From Flavobacteriaceae bacterium (GTDB lineage Bacteria > Bacteroidota > Bacteroidia > Flavobacteriales > Flavobacteriaceae): DNA of 32,000 nt. The notes beneath the pieces were generated by a model. The model searched no databases. It was not told the origin of the DNA and worked only from the letters and a program-made list of their open reading frames with translations. The stretch lies in assembly GCA_965224465.1 (NCBI GenBank), contig OZ245049.1, forward strand, positions 3,000,001 through 3,032,000, in the 5' to 3' direction. Both the position numbers and the translations under genes were made by a program. Shown here piece by piece: positions 28,121-32,000 of this stretch (the stretch's first letter is position 1; each line of letters starts with the position of its first letter).

Positions 28121-28386
28121 GGTTGAAATTGTATTTTAGGAGAAATCTATGGAATAAAAACACATAAACTACCATTTTTTTACTGCTTAAATTCGGGTAA
28201 TTTTTTTAAAAAAAAATAATTGAAACAGTTGAAAACACTACTTCCCTCCCTAAGAAACAACTTCTTTTTAGGCGCAACGTGCTTATAGTAAACAATGTAA
28301 TAATAACTACTTTACAAAACGAACGGTTGGTTTTTTAAATATAAAAGTATATATTGTGTTCTTTATCAACCTTATTCTAAAAAAGA

Positions 28387-29607
28387 ATGATTCGTAAAAT
28401 ACGGCAATACTTTATTTTTTTAACACTACTTATTATAGGTGGAGTTGCTCTTTTTTTTACAAGTTTGTCTGATAATACCGCTGGTATAATTGATTCTTCA
28501 ACTAGTAATTCGAAGGATGAATACCAGAAGATAAGATTAAAAACTACCTGTCCTCCTGGATTTAAGAAAAACGAGAATAACGAATGTGTTACCGTAAACT
28601 TATACCAACAATATCACATAAAAAACGAAGCAGGTGTTGGAGGCTTACAATCTGGATTGTCTGATAATAGAGATGGTTTTTCTCCGCAACAAATAGATTT
28701 AGGACGTTATTTGTTTTTTGATCCTATTTTATCTGGAGATGGAACTATTTCATGTGCTACGTGTCACGATCCAAACCAAGGTTTTAGTGATGGCTTAGGT
28801 GCCAGTATAGGAATAGGTGATCAAAAATTAAAACGTGGAGCTCCAACGATTTGGAATGTAGGATTTTTAAAAAAATTATTTTGGGACGGTCGGTCAAACA
28901 ATCTAGAAGATCAAGCTATGGGGCCTTTATTTGCAGCAAATGAAATGGGAAATACTCCGAGTAAATTAGTAGCAACCTTAAATAGTATAAAAACATATCG
29001 CGTGTTATTTGCAGAGGCATTTCCTAAAAGAGCAACTACAACTGCAATTTCTTTAGATGAAATTCTCGCTGCTATTACTGCTTTTGAAGCTTCTCTAATT
29101 TCCTTGAATAGTAGGTATGACCAATATGCCCATGGCTATCACGAGGCTTTAACCAGTAAAGAGAAAGAGGGGATGAATGTATTTAGGTCTTTTGTAGCTA
29201 GATGTGCAGAATGCCATACGCCTCCTTTATTTACCAATCAACAAATTGCTGTTATCGGGACTCCAGAACCTACAGGGTTTTCCTTTGATCCTGGAGCTGA
29301 AATCCCTTCGAAGGATAAAACATTAAGAGGTGGGTTTAAAGTTCCATCCCTGAGAAATATCGAAAAAACAGCGCCATATATGCATTCTGGGAAGTTTCAA
29401 ACATTAAGAGAAACCGTACAATTTTATACAGATGGTAGAGGACATGCTGTTCCTAAGGATGCGCAACTGCTTATACATTGGCATATTTGGGAACCAAAAT
29501 TAACGGACTATGAACTTGATAGACTTGTAGATTTTTTAAGAACACTTACCGATGAGAGTTTTATGCCAGAGATCCCCAAAATTCTCCCGTCAGGAAAACC
29601 AATATAG
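28387..29607 (+). CDS. Di-haem cytochrome c peroxidase / MauG-family enzyme, membrane-anchored
   Basis: Two CxxCH motifs (CATCHD, CAECHT). Family motifs GRYLFFDPILSGDGTISCATCH, FKVPSLRNI and APYMHSGKFQTLRETVQFY. N-terminal TM helix. Confidence 0.85.
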   Translation: MIRKIRQYFIFLTLLIIGGVALFFTSLSDNTAGIIDSSTSNSKDEYQKIRLKTTCPPGFKKNENNECVTVNLYQQYHIKNEAGVGGLQSGLSDNRDGFSPQQIDLGRYLFFDPILSGDGTISCATCHDPNQGFSDGLGASIGIGDQKLKRGAPTIWNVGFLKKLFWDGRSNNLEDQAMGPLFAANEMGNTPSKLVATLNSIKTYRVLFAEAFPKRATTTAISLDEILAAITAFEASLISLNSRYDQYAHGYHEALTSKEKEGMNVFRSFVARCAECHTPPLFTNQQIAVIGTPEPTGFSFDPGAEIPSKDKTLRGGFKVPSLRNIEKTAPYMHSGKFQTLRETVQFYTDGRGHAVPKDAQLLIHWHIWEPKLTDYELDRLVDFLRTLTDESFMPEIPKILPSGKPI

Positions 29608-29665
29608 CCTTAAAGAAACGTTTCCTAAAACATTTTATAAATACGAATTAAAGAAAAAGAAATCA

Positions 29666-31168
29666 ATGAAAAAGACAGCTAGATTATTTAAGTTTTTAAT
29701 GGCAATATTTTTACTTGTCATTGGTGTACTAATTGGAAAAACATTTTTTAATGCTACAGGAGAGGAAGCAATTCCAATGCCTAGTTCCATGCGTTTTAAA
29801 AGTGTAATGCTCACCGATAGTACGGCAATAGAGCAAGAAGAGTTTAAGGGGGAAATTATAAATGTCAAAGATGGTCAATCCATTCAAAAAGCCGTAGAGA
29901 AAGCATCTCCAGGGGATATCATAAGAGTTTTTCCTGGGACTTATCATGAAACAGTGTATATAGACAAAGACAGGATTAGCTTACAAGGAATTATTCAAAA
30001 TGGTTCATGGCCAACATTGGATGGACAAAAAAAGCTCAACGATGCTATTCTGTATTCAGGAAACCGCATACGTATAGAGAATTTTAAAATCATGCAATAC
30101 AAAGGGAATGCTATTATGGGGCAAGCTGGTAATAATTTTGTTATCCGTAACAATTGGGTGATTGATTCTGGTGTGTATGGTATTTTTCCTCAGTACGGTA
30201 AAAATGGTTTGATAGCACACAATGTGTTGTCTGGAATAGAAGATGCTGCAATTTATGTGGGTATGTGTGACAATATAGATGTACTTCACAATGAGGTTTT
30301 TGAGAGTGTAGCAGGGATTGAAATTGAAAATTCTCGCCATTGTTTGGTCGAAAATAATTATGTACATAATAATACAGGAGGAATTTTAGTTTTTGTGACT
30401 CCTGGTTTGCCTATAAAAACAACGTTTGATGTGATTGTTAGAAATAATTTTGTTGTGAACAACAATCATAAAAATTTTGGAGCTCCTGGTTCTACGGTAG
30501 CCTCAATTCCGCCTGGAACAGGTATTTTAATTATGGCTGCAGATGATGTAATAGTTGAAAATAATATTATTTCAAATAATGATACAGGTGGAATTATAAT
30601 AACAGATTTAAAAAATGGAGACCCAAAAGCGAACGATCCTAATGTAGAAGGAAACCCAGACCGTGTAATTATATTAGACAATATAATGTATAATAACGGA
30701 AATAAACCAGTAGGAGAATTAAAAGCATTAATGCTCACCAATTTAAAAACAAAATCTCCAGATATTTTTGCTTATGGTGGTGGTGTTGGCTCCACTATTT
30801 TAGATAAAAATAAGTACCGTACTTTTGGTCTTGGCCCTTTCGGAATCCCAACAATTACGGATACAAAAGACATTCCAACAATGCGACTGCCAAATCTTGT
30901 ACCTCCAAGATCTGTTTCTAAAGAACAATTGGGGGAAATAACGTATTTTGGTATTTGTGCTGGATGCCATGCTATGGGCTCAAGATTGATAGGAGTCGAT
31001 ACAAAAATAATACAAGCCATTTATGCAGGAAACCCTCAAGGCATTGTAGATTATATAAACGCACCTAAAAACGCAAGAGAAGATTATCCAGAAATGCCTC
31101 CTCAAAATTATTTAACGGAAGAAGCAAAAATAGCGGTGGCAGAATACCTGCTGGCCTTAAAAGACTAA
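29666..31168 (+). CDS. Parallel beta-helix (NosD/PbH1-like) repeat protein fused to a C-terminal mono-haem cytochrome c domain
   Basis: The start is set at MKKTARLFKFLMAIFLLVIG (signal/anchor). There are reiterated N-x-(I/V)-x-x-N...G-(I/G) beta-helix turns (NNFVIRNNWVIDSGVYGIF, VENNYVHNNTGGILVF, VENNIISNNDTGGIII). The C-terminus has CAGCHA plus a downstream Met. Confidence 0.75.
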   Translation: MKKTARLFKFLMAIFLLVIGVLIGKTFFNATGEEAIPMPSSMRFKSVMLTDSTAIEQEEFKGEIINVKDGQSIQKAVEKASPGDIIRVFPGTYHETVYIDKDRISLQGIIQNGSWPTLDGQKKLNDAILYSGNRIRIENFKIMQYKGNAIMGQAGNNFVIRNNWVIDSGVYGIFPQYGKNGLIAHNVLSGIEDAAIYVGMCDNIDVLHNEVFESVAGIEIENSRHCLVENNYVHNNTGGILVFVTPGLPIKTTFDVIVRNNFVVNNNHKNFGAPGSTVASIPPGTGILIMAADDVIVENNIISNNDTGGIIITDLKNGDPKANDPNVEGNPDRVIILDNIMYNNGNKPVGELKALMLTNLKTKSPDIFAYGGGVGSTILDKNKYRTFGLGPFGIPTITDTKDIPTMRLPNLVPPRSVSKEQLGEITYFGICAGCHAMGSRLIGVDTKIIQAIYAGNPQGIVDYINAPKNAREDYPEMPPQNYLTEEAKIAVAEYLLALKD

Positions 31169-31171
31169 ATT

Positions 31172-31279
31172 ATACCAACTAAAACCCAAAATGACAGATA
31201 TAAATAGGTTGTTTTAGGTTCTAGCGTTGTTGAAAACTAATTCCATTTTTAAACCGTCACTTGGAAATGTATTTAGAAT
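31172..31279 (+). repeat. TACCAA-element copy E (108 bp, core-deleted variant)
   Basis: ataccaactaaaacccaaaatgacagatataaataggttgttttaggttctagcgttgttgaaaac|taattccatttttaaaccgtcacttggaaatgtatttagaat. It lacks the ~55-nt GATAGC hairpin/CTAGCTAGAAC core and starts 4 nt after the upstream stop codon. Confidence 0.8.
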
Positions 31280-31320
31280 TATAGCTATCAATAATTGATT
31301 TTAGCTATTGAGAATAGCAA

Positions 31321-31344
31321 TATCCTCTTAGATTAGAGAGGATA
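31321..31344. terminator. Hairpin between convergent genes (candidate bidirectional terminator)
   Basis: TATCCTCT (31321-31328) pairs with AGAGGATA (31337-31344), an 8-bp stem. It is preceded by a second small hairpin, GCTATT-gag-AATAGC. There is no clear T-run. Confidence 0.4.
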
Positions 31345-31346
31345 GA

Positions 31347-32000
31347 CTATTGGTTAAAATGAACGTATTTTTTTAAGATAGCATCTTCACAGATAAAAGA
31401 GATATGACTGTTGTAAATACCTTTGTAATTTGTGTACACCTGTCCGCATTTGGTTTCGTTATAGTGATTTATAATCACAAGTTTTCCTGCTTCTAAAAAG
31501 CGCTGAGCACCGGATACATCCCACCAGTTTAGATCATCAGCATAAGATTCATAGAGTACACCATCAAAATTAGAGGCGTTCGCAACCGTGTTTTTTGCCA
31601 TACATTTCATTCCCTTTGCATGTACATAATTACAAAGCTCTTGAAAATAGGCAATTCCCTCTGCTTCGGTCGCTTGAATTCCATAATTAGTTCTTAATTC
31701 TTCATCAAAACACCAATCCATATTATCAAATTCAACCCAGTCACAACCCCACAAAGCTATTTTATCAATTCTAGCCTTCATTAGATCCATTATTCCTGTG
31801 GTTGTACTGTTGACAAAATACTCATCGGGCCATTCTCCCCATTGCTTTTCAACCAAATAAGGTTTCATTGCTGTAAAATCATCTCTATATGTTTCTCCTG
31901 TACCAATGCTTATATAAGCACTTACCTGATTTCCATTTGCCTTAATTTCTGCAATAGAAATAAATACATCATCTTGAAATGGATCAATCAGCACGTATGC
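31347..32000 (-). CDS. GH114-like (endo-alpha-1,4-polygalactosaminidase family) TIM-barrel hydrolase, 5'-partial at the window edge
   Basis: The frame stays open to nt 32000 (the listed start at 31994 is a GTG). VSAYISIGTGETYRDDF and GCDWVEFDNMDW resemble GH114 conserved blocks. The family call is from memory only. Confidence 0.5.
   Translation of the reverse strand, partial: AYVLIDPFQDDVFISIAEIKANGNQVSAYISIGTGETYRDDFTAMKPYLVEKQWGEWPDEYFVNSTTTGIMDLMKARIDKIALWGCDWVEFDNMDWCFDEELRTNYGIQATEAEGIAYFQELCNYVHAKGMKCMAKNTVANASNFDGVLYESYADDLNWWDVSGAQRFLEAGKLVIINHYNETKCGQVYTNYKGIYNSHISFICEDAILKKYVHFNQ

Noticed and set aside
29552-29665. Upstream extension of the beta-helix/cytochrome c ORF overlapping the end of the peroxidase gene
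   Set aside because: It overlaps the peroxidase C-terminus in another frame and has no signal sequence. The Met at 29666 starts a typical hydrophobic signal or anchor.

Overview
This is a low-GC Bacteroidota, Flavobacteriaceae-like chromosomal segment. The assignment rests on gldH, a TonB-dependent receptor with a CarboxypepD_reg N-terminus, DUF1573/DUF4837-type lipoproteins and TAnnTTTG -7 boxes. Bases 1-19,400 are a densely packed housekeeping block: M1 peptidase, GreA-like protein, asd, U32 peptidase, ferredoxin, PSP1/RicT, gldH, PBP1A, an AMP-dependent ligase, xth, a LysM lytic transglycosylase, a DUF4837-like lipoprotein, glnS and an S9 peptidase. Bases 19,400-32,000 look accessory: TetR, a TonB-dependent receptor, an intact IS5/IS1182-like insertion sequence, a membrane-anchored LuxR-type regulator, DUF1573, a di-haem cytochrome c peroxidase, a beta-helix/cytochrome c fusion protein and a GH114-like hydrolase. 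I found no rRNA, tRNA or CRISPR. The most unusual signal is non-coding: a ~155-166 bp structured, MITE-like repeat family that I could not assign to any known family. It has seven copies, all on the + strand, including a head-to-tail triple array at 27,106-27,590. Copies have TACCAA/TTGGTA termini and nested palindromes, and they tend to sit between a stop codon and its terminator. A secondary candidate is an uncharacterised periplasmic haem module: a MauG/CCP-like peroxidase, a NosD-like beta-helix-cytochrome c protein and DUF1573, next to the transmembrane LuxR regulator. All family calls come from motifs read in the translations. No database search was run.
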